NCBI RefSeq assembly: GCF_000142905.1
Contig: NW_013657624.1
Location: 165,782-229,781, forward strand
Source of the DNA: Thecamonas trahens ATCC 50062
Lineage: Eukaryota > Protista > Apusomonadida
Reading direction: 5' to 3'
DNA: 64,000 bases
The translations under genes were made by a program, and so were the position numbers. Below the pieces are notes generated by a model, which was not told where the DNA came from, made no database searches, and was given only the letters and a program-made list of their open reading frames with translations. Of the stretch, positions 1 through 9,796 are shown piece by piece (position 1 is the first letter of the stretch; each line of letters opens with the position of its first letter).

Positions 1-2
1 AC

Positions 3-1412
3 CATCACCTCGACGACCTCGATGACGAGGGGAAGAACGAGATTGACTATACAGCATCGCCAGGAGGCCCTGCTTGGGATGGCGCAGAGTCGGACGGTGG
101 CTTGTCAGTCGACTCCGGATCGAGCTCCGGATCGGGCTCGGGCTCGGGATCGGGATCAGGCTCGTCGGCCTTTGAGGTTGATCCGGCAGTGGTGTACTCG
201 GCAGAGGTGATGGCGGCGTTTGGGGCCTTGTCTGAGGAGCAGCGGCTGCGGTCGCTGGCAGAGTACCGGCATACCAATAATGTACTGATGGAGAGGCTCG
301 AACGCGCCCATCAGCTGCTGGAGATCGAGGCTGAGTTCAAGGCCGTCGCCCATGAGGAGCTTAATGCGCTCCACGCCGAGAATCGCGGGCTGGAGGCCCA
401 GCTGAGCGAGGCTAACACCATGATCGAGGCGCTGCAGGCCGAGCTCGATGCCGCACTTGCGTCCAAGGCCGCCATCACCAAGGAGAAGCTCCGGGTGTCG
501 ACCCAGCTGAGCGAAGCCAACCTGTCGATGGCGGCGCTGGCAGATGGCGGCGACGACGGCGGAGTCAGCGATGCGGCCGAGGTAGTGAGCAGCGTGGGAA
601 GCGCGTCACCAAAGGCAGAGGCAGCGGCTGGTGTGCTCAGTGCAGCAAGCAGCGGGCCGTCGATGATGGACAAGTACCTCAGCGCCAAGGAAGAGACGCT
701 CGAGCTCAAGGCGCAGATCAAGGCGCTGGGCGGCGAAGTGGAGGCGGCGCGGGCGGCGTGCGCGCGAGCGGAGAGCGAGCGCGAAACTGCGCTGGAGGAC
801 AACGCCTGGCTCCGGTTCAACGCGCACTGCATTCCGTACCGCAAGCGAATGCGCAGCCTGGGGCTCGAGGCGCAGGCGCTGTATGCCCAGGCCAAGGCGC
901 GGCAGCTGGCGCCCGAGGGCTGGGGCGAGTTTGTGTATGGGCATGTACATGCCGGGCTTGAGTCTGGCAAGATCCGCGACTCGGAGTCTGACGACGGGAG
1001 CAGCGGCGGCGGGCGGGCGCGGCGGGTTGACTCGCCGCTGTACGAAACAGTGAGCTCGGACGGGGCGGACGAGTCGGTGCCTGTGGGAGCGTCGGCAGGC
1101 GGAACGCCGATCCGGTATGGCGGGCGGGCGGATCTGCTCGCTGGCGGCGGGAACAATAGCTCGATGGAGGGCCACATTTCGAACGCGTGGGTCCCGGACA
1201 AGCTGGTGACGCGGTGTACGCACTGCACGGCCAAGTTCACGCTCTTCCGCCGCAAGCACCACTGCCGGCACTGCCTTCAGATCTACTGCTCGGCGTGCTC
1301 ATCCAACTTTATGACCATCCCTGCGCTCAACTTTCTGGAGCCTGTGCGAGTCTGCGACGTGTGCGTCTTTCTTATCACGCCGACGATGCACGGCCTGCCG
1401 CCGGACGCCTGA
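3..1412 (+). CDS. Coiled-coil protein with C-terminal FYVE zinc finger (probably 5'-truncated by the window edge)
   Basis: The frame is open from position 3. The C-terminus WVPD..CTHC..KFTLFRRKHHCRHC..YCSAC..VRVCDVC has the WxxD, RRKHHCR and RVC FYVE motifs. Heptad-rich segments lie upstream. Confidence 0.9.
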   Translation, partial: HHLDDLDDEGKNEIDYTASPGGPAWDGAESDGGLSVDSGSSSGSGSGSGSGSGSSAFEVDPAVVYSAEVMAAFGALSEEQRLRSLAEYRHTNNVLMERLERAHQLLEIEAEFKAVAHEELNALHAENRGLEAQLSEANTMIEALQAELDAALASKAAITKEKLRVSTQLSEANLSMAALADGGDDGGVSDAAEVVSSVGSASPKAEAAAGVLSAASSGPSMMDKYLSAKEETLELKAQIKALGGEVEAARAACARAESERETALEDNAWLRFNAHCIPYRKRMRSLGLEAQALYAQAKARQLAPEGWGEFVYGHVHAGLESGKIRDSESDDGSSGGGRARRVDSPLYETVSSDGADESVPVGASAGGTPIRYGGRADLLAGGGNNSSMEGHISNAWVPDKLVTRCTHCTAKFTLFRRKHHCRHCLQIYCSACSSNFMTIPALNFLEPVRVCDVCVFLITPTMHGLPPDA

Positions 1413-1414
1413 GG

Positions 1415-4033
1415 TTAGGCTTGAGAGGACGGCCCGGCAGGCGCGGGTACAGCCGCAACTGCAGCCGCAGCTTCAGGCGGAGAGCTCGACGCGGTCATCG
1501 TTGCGGGCTCAACGTCGGGCTCGAGGATGTGGAAGACCGACGGAGTTTCGGCGGTTGAGACCTTGGGCGGCGAGTACGAGGCGTAGTCTTGGTCGATGAC
1601 GGACTGGAGGACGGCGACCCACTGGGCGGCCATGTCGGGGGTGGGCGCGACGAGAGTGTAGGTCCTGCTGACCGTGACGAGCGTGAAGCACGAGCCGCGC
1701 GCGACGCCGAGCTTGCCCTCGAGCGAGGCGTCCGAGGTCGGGGCGACTTCGGAGGCCTCGGCCATGGGGATGACGCCCTTGGGCTTGGTCACACTTGTGA
1801 CTGGCTCGTAGTACGAGAGCTTGATGTGCGAGATGGGCGTCGAGTCTGTGGGCACGATAAGAACAAACATGCGCTTCTTAAAGTTCTTGCGGACGCCGCC
1901 GCGCTTGTAAAGAAAGCCAATGTAGCGGGCGTTGCCGATAAACTGCGGAAGGACCGAGGCGACAGTTCGCGACTCTTCCTTGAGGCACTTCCACTTGTGC
2001 TTGTTCTTGGCGTCGAGGGCGAGAACGGCGCGCATCGAGTAAAACTTGCCGAGCATCCAGAAGGCTTTCTCGTGCGTGCAAAACTGAAAGGCGGCAAGGA
2101 CGCGCGAGACCGAGTCCAGCATGGTCTCGAGGAGCTCGCGCGCGGCGGCGCCGCGGCCGATGGCGGCGGCGAGAGCCGGGGCGAGATCGAGCCACTCGCG
2201 GAAGACGCCGAGGTGGAGCGGAGTGCTCGGCGCGATGGAGACAAAGTACTTGAGGACGATGGCAAGAGCGTTGACACGCTGGACGCCGGGCTTGGCCTTG
2301 GAGGCCTTGGCAAAGAGGACGCGACCGTAGACAAAGCGGGTGCCAAAGCAGGCGCGGTCGTGGTCGATGATGCTCTCGAACGAGGCCTCTGCGGTGTCGA
2401 GGTGGCGGGCGACGTCGAGCTGACTCGACGCCATCGTCGACGCCATGTAGTGGAGAAAGCCATGATTGATGATCATGTCGACCGGGACCGGCTTGCTTGC
2501 CTCGCGAAGCTCTGCAAGCGAGCGCTCGATGGTGGCGGTGGCGGTGGCGACAAGGCCGGGCAGGTCGACCGATGCCACGTCGGCCTCGCGGTGCGAGGCG
2601 CGGAGCCGCTTAACCATAAAAGCTTTGTAGCCGAGGGCGGCGGCGAGGTTGTTGAGCGCAACGACGTTGTGCGGCTGGACGGCAACGACCTCGCCGTAGC
2701 GGATGGCAAGGTCGTCGAGCTTGGCAACCGACTCGATGTTGGTGTCGAGTGCCGGGAGGCTCTTGTGGTCGCGCGAGGTTGAGACAAGTGACTTGAGCAG
2801 CAGCGGCTTGGCCTCGATCGAGTTAGCGATGTCCTCGGTCTCTACGTCGTCCGGGTGGATGGTAATGCGCTTGATGGCGTGTGGCGAACGCGGCGGTGGC
2901 GCGGTCGGCAGCGCGGGCGCTGAGGCCATGCCGCTTGGCGCGGCGCCGAGTCGGGGAGGCGAGGCCGGGAGCGGCATCGACGGCGGGCGGGTGGACGGCT
3001 TCTCGGCGTGCTGCACATGCCACGCAAGGCCACCCAAGGAGTGCTCGGTCTGGCGAACCCAGTCCGGTTTGTCGTGGCTGGCGGTAAAGTCGAGCTCGTG
3101 CTCGGGACTGGCGATGAGCGGCTCAGGCTGCGCGGCGGCGGCGTCTGAGGAAGCCGCCGAGACTGCAGCGGCTTTGCGAGCCTGCTGGATGTGCCAGGGG
3201 ACGTCGTTGTCGGCGGGCGGAGCGGGTGCGGGTGCAGGCGTGGGAGAAGAGGTAGTTGGGGAGGATTCGGCGGCAGCGGCTTTGCGAGCCTGCTGGATGT
3301 GCCAGGGGACGTCGTTGTCGGCGGGCGGGGCAGGAGTGGCCACGGGGGCAGCGGCGGCAGCAGCAGCAGCAGGAGACTGGGAGAGGCGCGAGTAGCCGGC
3401 GGGTGGCGGGGGCGGGAGGCGAGCGGCGGATGGCGAGACAAAGGCCGGCTGAGGATGCGGTGTGGGCGACGCCGAGGCTGTGATGACAGCGGCAGGCTGC
3501 GGCGTGGCCTGGATGGGCGTGGAGGCATGACTAACCACAGGTGGCGATGCGTACGAGGCAGCATGTCCCGGATACGACGCCATGGCCGCAGGCGAGGCCA
3601 CCGGCCGTGCCGAGTTTGCCTGAGCCGCCCCAACCGGCACGTCGGTCGGCTGCGTAGCTGGAGCAGGATGTGTGCTAGCTGGCGAGGTGTGATCCGCAGC
3701 AGCCGGCGAGATGGGCGGGGCGGAAGCCGGCGAGATGGGCGGGGCGATGACAGCGACGGGAGCAACGGCAGTGGCGGCGACTGGGCGGACAGGGACAGCG
3801 CCTGGAGCGTTTGCAATGAGTGAGCGAGAGACGATGGATGGTCTTGGTGCGACATATGCCACCTTTTCTTGTGATTGTATGGCAGGAGGGTGACCATGGC
3901 CATACCCACCACCACCATGACCATGGCTACCACCTGGTCCATGGCCAGCCGTCAGTAGGGGCGCAGACGGGTCATGGGCGGCAGGGAACTGGGCATGCTC
4001 CTCCACAAGCGGCTTGGATGCACAGCAGCCCAT
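1415..4033 (-). CDS. Dual-acylated (MGCC) Pro/Ala-rich protein with TPR-like helical region and C-terminal PH domain
   Basis: ATG at 4033 gives MGCCASKP. PH domain: GFLYKRGGVRKNFKKRMFVL...LSYY...KPKGVIPM...FTLVTVSRTYTLVAPTPDMAAQWVAVL. Confidence 0.85.
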   Translation of the reverse strand: MGCCASKPLVEEHAQFPAAHDPSAPLLTAGHGPGGSHGHGGGGYGHGHPPAIQSQEKVAYVAPRPSIVSRSLIANAPGAVPVRPVAATAVAPVAVIAPPISPASAPPISPAAADHTSPASTHPAPATQPTDVPVGAAQANSARPVASPAAMASYPGHAASYASPPVVSHASTPIQATPQPAAVITASASPTPHPQPAFVSPSAARLPPPPPAGYSRLSQSPAAAAAAAAPVATPAPPADNDVPWHIQQARKAAAAESSPTTSSPTPAPAPAPPADNDVPWHIQQARKAAAVSAASSDAAAAQPEPLIASPEHELDFTASHDKPDWVRQTEHSLGGLAWHVQHAEKPSTRPPSMPLPASPPRLGAAPSGMASAPALPTAPPPRSPHAIKRITIHPDDVETEDIANSIEAKPLLLKSLVSTSRDHKSLPALDTNIESVAKLDDLAIRYGEVVAVQPHNVVALNNLAAALGYKAFMVKRLRASHREADVASVDLPGLVATATATIERSLAELREASKPVPVDMIINHGFLHYMASTMASSQLDVARHLDTAEASFESIIDHDRACFGTRFVYGRVLFAKASKAKPGVQRVNALAIVLKYFVSIAPSTPLHLGVFREWLDLAPALAAAIGRGAAARELLETMLDSVSRVLAAFQFCTHEKAFWMLGKFYSMRAVLALDAKNKHKWKCLKEESRTVASVLPQFIGNARYIGFLYKRGGVRKNFKKRMFVLIVPTDSTPISHIKLSYYEPVTSVTKPKGVIPMAEASEVAPTSDASLEGKLGVARGSCFTLVTVSRTYTLVAPTPDMAAQWVAVLQSVIDQDYASYSPPKVSTAETPSVFHILEPDVEPATMTASSSPPEAAAAVAAVPAPAGPSSQA

Positions 4034-4190
4034 GGTAGTGTAGGCGATGGAGAGTGCGGTGTGCCCGTTCCCCCTGTTTCCGTCTCTGTCTCCATGTCTC
4101 CTGTGGCTGTTACTGCTCTGGGGGCCGAGCCCGTCCAACACATGCGCTGACTTGACTCGGGCGGAGGGGGTGGGGGGGGGGGGGGGGGGG

Positions 4191-4429
4191 NNNNNNNNNN
4201 NNNNNNNNNNNNNNNNNNNNNNNNNNNNNNNNNNNNNNNNNNNNNNNNNNNNNNNNNNNNNNNNNNNNNNNNNNNNNNNNNNNNNNNNNNNNNNNNNNNN
4301 NNNNNNNNNNNNNNNNNNNNNNNNNNNNNNNNNNNNNNNNNNNNNNNNNNNNNNNNNNNNNNNNNNNNNNNNNNNNNNNNNNNNNNNNNNNNNNNNNNNN
4401 NNNNNNNNNNNNNNNNNNNNNNNNNNNNN
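4191..4429. other. Assembly gap (N run)
   Basis: N run following a poly-G tract. Confidence 1.
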
Positions 4430-4550
4430 CTCAAGGCGATTCCCGCTCTCTAGCTTGATCTAGCACCATGATGGCTGCTTGATCGCTAGTTGGTGCTTGC
4501 ATGTTAGCTGGGTGCTGGCTTGGCGATAGGTGCATGCTGCATGAGTGACA

Positions 4551-4790
4551 GCTGGTTGATGGCTAGGTGATGGCTGGGTGATGGCTGGGTGGTGGCTTGG
4601 TGATGGCTGGATGATGGCTGGGTGGTGGCTGGGTGATGGCTGGGTGATGGCTGGGTGATGGCTGGGTGATGGCTGGGTGATGGCTGGGTGATGGCTGGGT
4701 GATGGCTGGGTGATGGCTGGGTGGTGGCTGGGTGATGGCTGGGTGATGGCTGGGTGATGGCTGGGTGGTGGCTGGGTGATGGCTGGGTGG
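4551..4790 (+). repeat. 11-bp minisatellite (GATGGCTGGGT)n, about 22 copies
   Basis: Directly visible tandem array with a few GGTGG variants. Confidence 0.95.
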
Positions 4791-4903
4791 TGGTCGACTG
4801 CCAGCCTGTGGACCCCTCCCCTCCCTGCTCCCCTCGGACAGCAGACAGGGACATAGGACATAGAGAGCAGACAGACTTGACTCGGCGCAGCAAAAGCAAC
4901 AAC

Positions 4904-6574
4904 ATGGCAGCAACTACGGTAGTGTCTGCCCCGGGCAAGGTCCTTCTCACCGGTGGCTACCTCGTCCTTGAGCGCCCGCACACGGGCATGACTGCTGGCG
5001 TCTCGGCCCGCTTCTACGTCTCAGCCACCACCACCACCGCCGCCACCACCGCGGCAGACTCGACGGCGACGACGGCTGCCGATGGCTGGACGACAAACTT
5101 TGTGGTTCGCTCGCCGCAATTTGGCGAAGTGCGCCGATACGCGTGGCAGAGCCTCGGGTTGGGCAAGTACCAATTTTCGCGCGCAGACGGCGATGGCGAT
5201 GGCGATGGCGATGATGGCTCCCCTGGGCCGAACCCTTATGTGGGGACGGCGCTGGCGTACGCGCTCGGTTATGTGTGCTGTGGGGCGGACGGGGTGACCG
5301 AGGCGGCGCGGGAGCGGCTGGCAGGCATGGGCGAGGTCGAGCTTGTGCTCGTGGGCGACAACGACTTTTACTCGCAGCGGGAACTGCTGCATGATCGTGG
5401 CCTGCCACTGACGGCGGACTCGCTGGCGGCGCTGCCGCCGTTCCTGGCTCTGGACCTGAGCAAGGATCTAGTGAAGACCGGCCTCGGCTCGTCGGCGGCG
5501 CTGATCACGGCGCTGGTGGCGGCAGTGCTGGAGCACACGGGCGCGCTGGCGCTGCCGCGGATTGTGTCTGCAGACGTGCACGCGCCTGCCGAGCCGCCTG
5601 CAGGAGCCGACGCCACTGCGGTGCGGGCCGCCAAGGACCGGGTGCACTACCTGGCCCAGGCTGCGCACTGCGCCGCGCAAGGCAAGATCGGCTCGGGCTT
5701 TGACGTCTCGTCGGCCACCTACGGCTCGCAAAAGTACACGCGGTTCTCGCCGGAGCGGCTGGCGGGCCTCTCCGAGGCTCTGGGCGAGGCCGGATGTGGT
5801 GGTGCGGGTGCGGCGTGGCTCGGCGTCTACGACGCGGGCATCTTTGCCAACCACGGCCCGGCGCTCGACGCCGTGGTCGAACCGTGGACACTGCCGCAGC
5901 ACATGCACCTCGTGCTCGGCGACTGCGGCGTCGGATCCAAGACGCCCGGTATGGTCCGGCGTATCCTGGCGTGGCGTGACGGCGATGACGGGGGCGCGGC
6001 TCGCCAGGTGTGGGACGCACTCGGCGCCGCGAACGCGGCGGTGGAGGGGACGCTGGGCGAGCTGGCAGCGGCTGCCACCGCTTCGCCGCAGGCCTACGAC
6101 GCGCTCGTTGCCCATGCGGCCGCACAGCCACTGGCGGCATGGGCGGCCGACGGCAGCGACGTCGGCGGTGAGGCTGCGCCGCTGGCGCTGCTTGCGCTCC
6201 GGTTGCGGAGCGAGTTCCAGGCTGTGCGGGCGCTGCTGCGCGAGGTGACCGAGGCAACGGGCGTGCCAGTCGAGCCGCCGGCACAGACGGCGCTCATCGA
6301 CGCTACCATGGCACAGCCCGGCGTGCTCTTTGCCGGCGTGCCTGGCGCCGGCGGCTTTGACGCCGTTTTTGCTCTTGTCCTCGGTGATGCCACCCGGCGC
6401 ACCATGGAAGACGCCTGGGCCCGCGGCGGTTTTAACGTCTGCCCGCTTGTCCTCGACGAGGATGCCCGCGGCGGCGTTGCCCGCGACATGCAATCCACCG
6501 CCGCCGCCGCGGTCGCCGCCGCCGCCGCCGGCACCAACATCCTCGCTCCGCTCGGCGCTGTCTCGCGGCTGTGA
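4904..6574 (+). CDS. ERG8: Phosphomevalonate kinase, fungal/plant ERG8 (GHMP kinase) type
   Basis: SAPGKVLLTGGYLVL, NDFYSQ, KTGLGSSAA, AHCAAQGKIGSGFDVSSATYGS, VEPPAQT and GVPGAGGFDA motifs. Confidence 0.95.
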   Translation: MAATTVVSAPGKVLLTGGYLVLERPHTGMTAGVSARFYVSATTTTAATTAADSTATTAADGWTTNFVVRSPQFGEVRRYAWQSLGLGKYQFSRADGDGDGDGDDGSPGPNPYVGTALAYALGYVCCGADGVTEAARERLAGMGEVELVLVGDNDFYSQRELLHDRGLPLTADSLAALPPFLALDLSKDLVKTGLGSSAALITALVAAVLEHTGALALPRIVSADVHAPAEPPAGADATAVRAAKDRVHYLAQAAHCAAQGKIGSGFDVSSATYGSQKYTRFSPERLAGLSEALGEAGCGGAGAAWLGVYDAGIFANHGPALDAVVEPWTLPQHMHLVLGDCGVGSKTPGMVRRILAWRDGDDGGAARQVWDALGAANAAVEGTLGELAAAATASPQAYDALVAHAAAQPLAAWAADGSDVGGEAAPLALLALRLRSEFQAVRALLREVTEATGVPVEPPAQTALIDATMAQPGVLFAGVPGAGGFDAVFALVLGDATRRTMEDAWARGGFNVCPLVLDEDARGGVARDMQSTAAAAVAAAAAGTNILAPLGAVSRL

Positions 6575-7222
6575 GCAGTATAGCTACGTCCTGTGAGGAC
6601 TTGCGAAGCTGGGCGTTTATCAGTGCCGCGCCTCTTGAATGACCCGTCACCGCCGCGCGCTCACACCTTTACAGTACGGAATGGACGTATTTGTCCATCG
6701 CGCAAGCCGCGCTCCGCGACGCTCCACAGACGTCGCAGCGTCCATCAATCGCGGTAAAAGAGTAGTACACTGTGTTTATGGCTGCTGTGGCCACTGGTGG
6801 GCTGCAACAGAACACTGGCGGCGATGCAGAGATGGACGCCGCGCGCGGCGCAAACGGTCCGCGGCCGCGATCGCTTACCATGAAGCTTCCGGCAGGCGAG
6901 GCAGCCGCATCGCAGAGCGGCTTGTTGGGGATAGTGGTGATGACGCGCAGCCGCTGCAGAGGAACGATTCCGCTTGCGCGACGTCGTTGAGTCTGGAAGA
7001 CGAGAGCAGTTTGCCAGGAAACGGCACTCGATCGAGTCCTACCACGCGAGAACAGCGAGATCGTCGCCCACGTCGCACACAACGGCGTCGCCGGGACGAG
7101 CGTCGAGCCGCAGGCCAAGCAGGCGTCGCGCAGCGTCGGCCAGTGACCTGAAAGTCAAGCATCATCGAGTTGTTCACTTTGGGACGAGCGACAACGCGTC
7201 CGAAAGATCGTAGCGTTAAGGG

Positions 7223-7678
7223 TTACGCGGCGAGAGGCGCAGCAGCTGCAGGCGCGGGTGCGTCAAACGGTGCAAGAGCCTTGCGAGTGCGGCGATCCCA
7301 GACAATGGTCCCGTTGCGCGAAAAGTAGCGGATGCGATGCGAGGGGATGGAGCCGAGGCCGTGGTCGAGACCCTCGTCCCACTGCTGAAGCGTCACCTCC
7401 TGGATGCCGGTGAACCGGTCCTCGTAGCCGAGGATCCAGGCGTCATCACTGAGCGCCGCGTCCCACCGGATGCGGGCGATGACGTCAAGTGCAGGGATCA
7501 TGCGCACCTTCTTCGGCGCGGCGTCGGTGGCATTCTCAGCCGCCGCCGCCTGGCGCGCCGCGTTGCGCTTGGCCTGGCGCGCACGCTCACGCGCACGCGC
7601 ACGCTGCTTCTTCCGCTCGCGCTTGGACATGGTCTTCTCGGGAAAGAGCTCAGCGTAGATCGCTGCAGGGTCCGACAT
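7223..7678 (-). CDS. Small MJ1316 (DUF504, RNA cyclic-phosphate-end recognition) domain protein, LENG9 N-terminal-like
   Basis: M..ALDVIARIRWD....WILGYEDRFTGIQEV...IPSHRIRYF...GTIVWDRR signature. Confidence 0.85.
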   Translation of the reverse strand: MSDPAAIYAELFPEKTMSKRERKKQRARARERARQAKRNAARQAAAAENATDAAPKKVRMIPALDVIARIRWDAALSDDAWILGYEDRFTGIQEVTLQQWDEGLDHGLGSIPSHRIRYFSRNGTIVWDRRTRKALAPFDAPAPAAAAPLAA

Positions 7679-8160
7679 GAGTAGATGTGCTTGCTGCTCT
7701 GGTGCTCGCTGTCGTAGTCGACAGTGATCGTGTGGAGCAAATCAAAACGGTGGAGATCATGCTGTGCGTCGCGCGGTTTTGTGGTGCTCTGGCTGCCGTC
7801 TCGAATGGAAAGGCGCTGCCTCCACCGAAAAAGAAGAACTCCTGTGCCGAACCGAATGGAAAGAAGCCTCGCCCTGCTCCGGTAGCAGCGTTGGCGAGCG
7901 AATTGACCAACAAACGGAAGAAGCGCGCGCTTTCGGCAGCAAGTTCGGCAGACTCAAGCCGGAGCCATACCTCACTCCACGCCGTAGCTCCAGCCAGCGG
8001 ACGTCAGACTTTGACCAACCGCTCCGGATCCCGTCTACCTGTTGCGCGTGTGCACATTGGCTGTGCATCTCTTGCCCAACCCGTCGCCTACGGCTGCATC
8101 GTCTACCGCCCACGCGTGTGGAACGAGCTTTTTCAGGAACACCTGAAAGTTGAGCGCGAC

Positions 8161-8964
8161 ATGGCTCACGAACCTTCGAATGGAACAACGCCCTCGCCCG
8201 CCTCCGCCTCGCCCAAGGCGGATGGTTCCTCCAGTGATGAATGGATTCAAGTTGAGGCCACCGAGGCCGAGCTTGGGCAGCAGCAGGAGGTGGTGAGCGA
8301 GTCGAGCTCATGGTGGTGGCCGTCGTTGCTGCCGAACCCGGCGGCGCTCTTTGCTGCTCCGCCACAGGCTGCCTTGGCTGACGAGGTCTATGATGACGAT
8401 GATGACGATGATGACGATGATGACGATGACGACGATGACGGCAACGAGAACCATGCTCCCGTTGATGGTGGCGATGGCAGCGAGGTAGCGTCGGTGGCCT
8501 CGGCTGGCTCGTCGTCGATTTCGTTTGTGGTCGTCGAGCACCGCGAGTACGACGTCAACGCCGTCCACTTTCCGGCGACGCTCATGCGGTCCGACTCGGG
8601 CTCGGGCTCGGGCTCGGGCTCAGGCTCAGGCTCGGGCTTAGGCATGGGCTATGGAGCCGCGGCCGCGGCCGCGGCCGAGACAGCCGTTGGGGCGGATGCT
8701 TCGCGCGGCGATGCCGAGGCAGAGCAGGCCGTGGTGGTCATGCCCAATGCCGAGATGGCGGCGCTGGTCGAGCGCAAACTGGAGCTGCTGGCGCAGAACC
8801 AGCGGGCGCTGTCGCCGCGAGAGCAAAAGGCGCAAACGCGGGCAGCGCTGGCGCAGGGCAACGCAGTGGCAACCCGCGGGGCGCGCAAGGGAGTGCGGGC
8901 GCGGGCCCGGCACAAGAACCCGCGCCGGCCGCGGCAGGCGTGCACGACACGCCGGCGGACATGA
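8161..8964 (+). CDS. Hypothetical low-complexity protein (acidic tract, GS repeat, basic C-terminus); start uncertain (ATG at 7760 is an alternative)
   Basis: Long ORF with GC3-biased codons from about 8161; no recognisable domain. Confidence 0.55.
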   Translation: MAHEPSNGTTPSPASASPKADGSSSDEWIQVEATEAELGQQQEVVSESSSWWWPSLLPNPAALFAAPPQAALADEVYDDDDDDDDDDDDDDDDGNENHAPVDGGDGSEVASVASAGSSSISFVVVEHREYDVNAVHFPATLMRSDSGSGSGSGSGSGSGLGMGYGAAAAAAAETAVGADASRGDAEAEQAVVVMPNAEMAALVERKLELLAQNQRALSPREQKAQTRAALAQGNAVATRGARKGVRARARHKNPRRPRQACTTRRRT

Positions 8965-8992
8965 GGCCGGCGGCAGGTGTAGGCATGAACGT

Positions 8993-9796
8993 TTACGATG
9001 CAGCAGGCGGCGTCGACGCCTTTTGCAGCATGTACAGATAGACCGGGGCCTCGTTGTCGCCGATGGCGTCGTTGGACGACTTGCAGGCGTCGACAATGTC
9101 GTCGGCAATCTTGGTGACCTCAAAGCCGAGCTCTGCGGCGCGGACAAAGAAGGCCGCCTCGCCCTCGGGGTTGCGCTCAGCAAAGCAGATGTGAATAAGG
9201 GTCTCACTGCCGGCGAGATGGCGTAGCGAGGCGAGGAGGGCTTCGTGGAAGTAGCCATTGTACACGCACTCGCAGACGACAATGTGGGCCGGGACCGGCT
9301 TGCCGTCGGCGGCCTCGCTCGATGTGTGCGACCACTCTTCGGGCGCGCGCCAATCTAGCGGAGCGACGGTACAGACGTCGGCGACGCCGTTTGCGGCCAC
9401 GTTGGCGTCGAGGACGGCCATGACCTTTGGCGCATCGATGTCGGTGAGGTAGACCTGGTCGAGGACTCTGTCCGACTCGGCCACGTCTCCACCTGCGAGG
9501 TACTTTGCCATAAAGAGGCCAACAAAGCCCGTGCCTGCGCCGAGCTCGACAACGGTGCCTTTGGCGAGCTCGAGGCAAGCTCCACCAGGCTTGCCCAGGC
9601 CATGACGCAGCATGTACCGGCACTGGACGAGGACGGCCTGCCACACCACCGTCGCCACGCCGCCCGAGTCGTCCTCGTGGATGACCAGCTCGTGCGAGTC
9701 ATCAATGGCGTACGTCACCGTCCGCTCAGGTGCCACTTCATGCGTGAGCGAGAGCGTGTGTGATTGAAGGTCCTTGAGGAGTGCCCGGGGGTCCAT
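8993..9796 (-). CDS. Protein lysine methyltransferase, METTL21/family-16 type
   Basis: GGVATVVW, VVELGAGTGFVG (SAM motif I), LTDID, LDW and ECVY (DxxY-equivalent) motifs. Confidence 0.9.
   Translation of the reverse strand: MDPRALLKDLQSHTLSLTHEVAPERTVTYAIDDSHELVIHEDDSGGVATVVWQAVLVQCRYMLRHGLGKPGGACLELAKGTVVELGAGTGFVGLFMAKYLAGGDVAESDRVLDQVYLTDIDAPKVMAVLDANVAANGVADVCTVAPLDWRAPEEWSHTSSEAADGKPVPAHIVVCECVYNGYFHEALLASLRHLAGSETLIHICFAERNPEGEAAFFVRAAELGFEVTKIADDIVDACKSSNDAIGDNEAPVYLYMLQKASTPPAAS

Noticed and set aside
4460-4981. Minus-strand ORFs with HHPAITQPSPS repeats and an N-terminal extension of ERG8
   Set aside because: They are artefacts of the stop-free 11-bp minisatellite; ERG8 homology starts at ATG 4904.
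6600-7220. Possible small gene between ERG8 and the MJ1316 gene
   Set aside because: Several short overlapping ORFs, none with recognisable homology or a clearly preferred frame.
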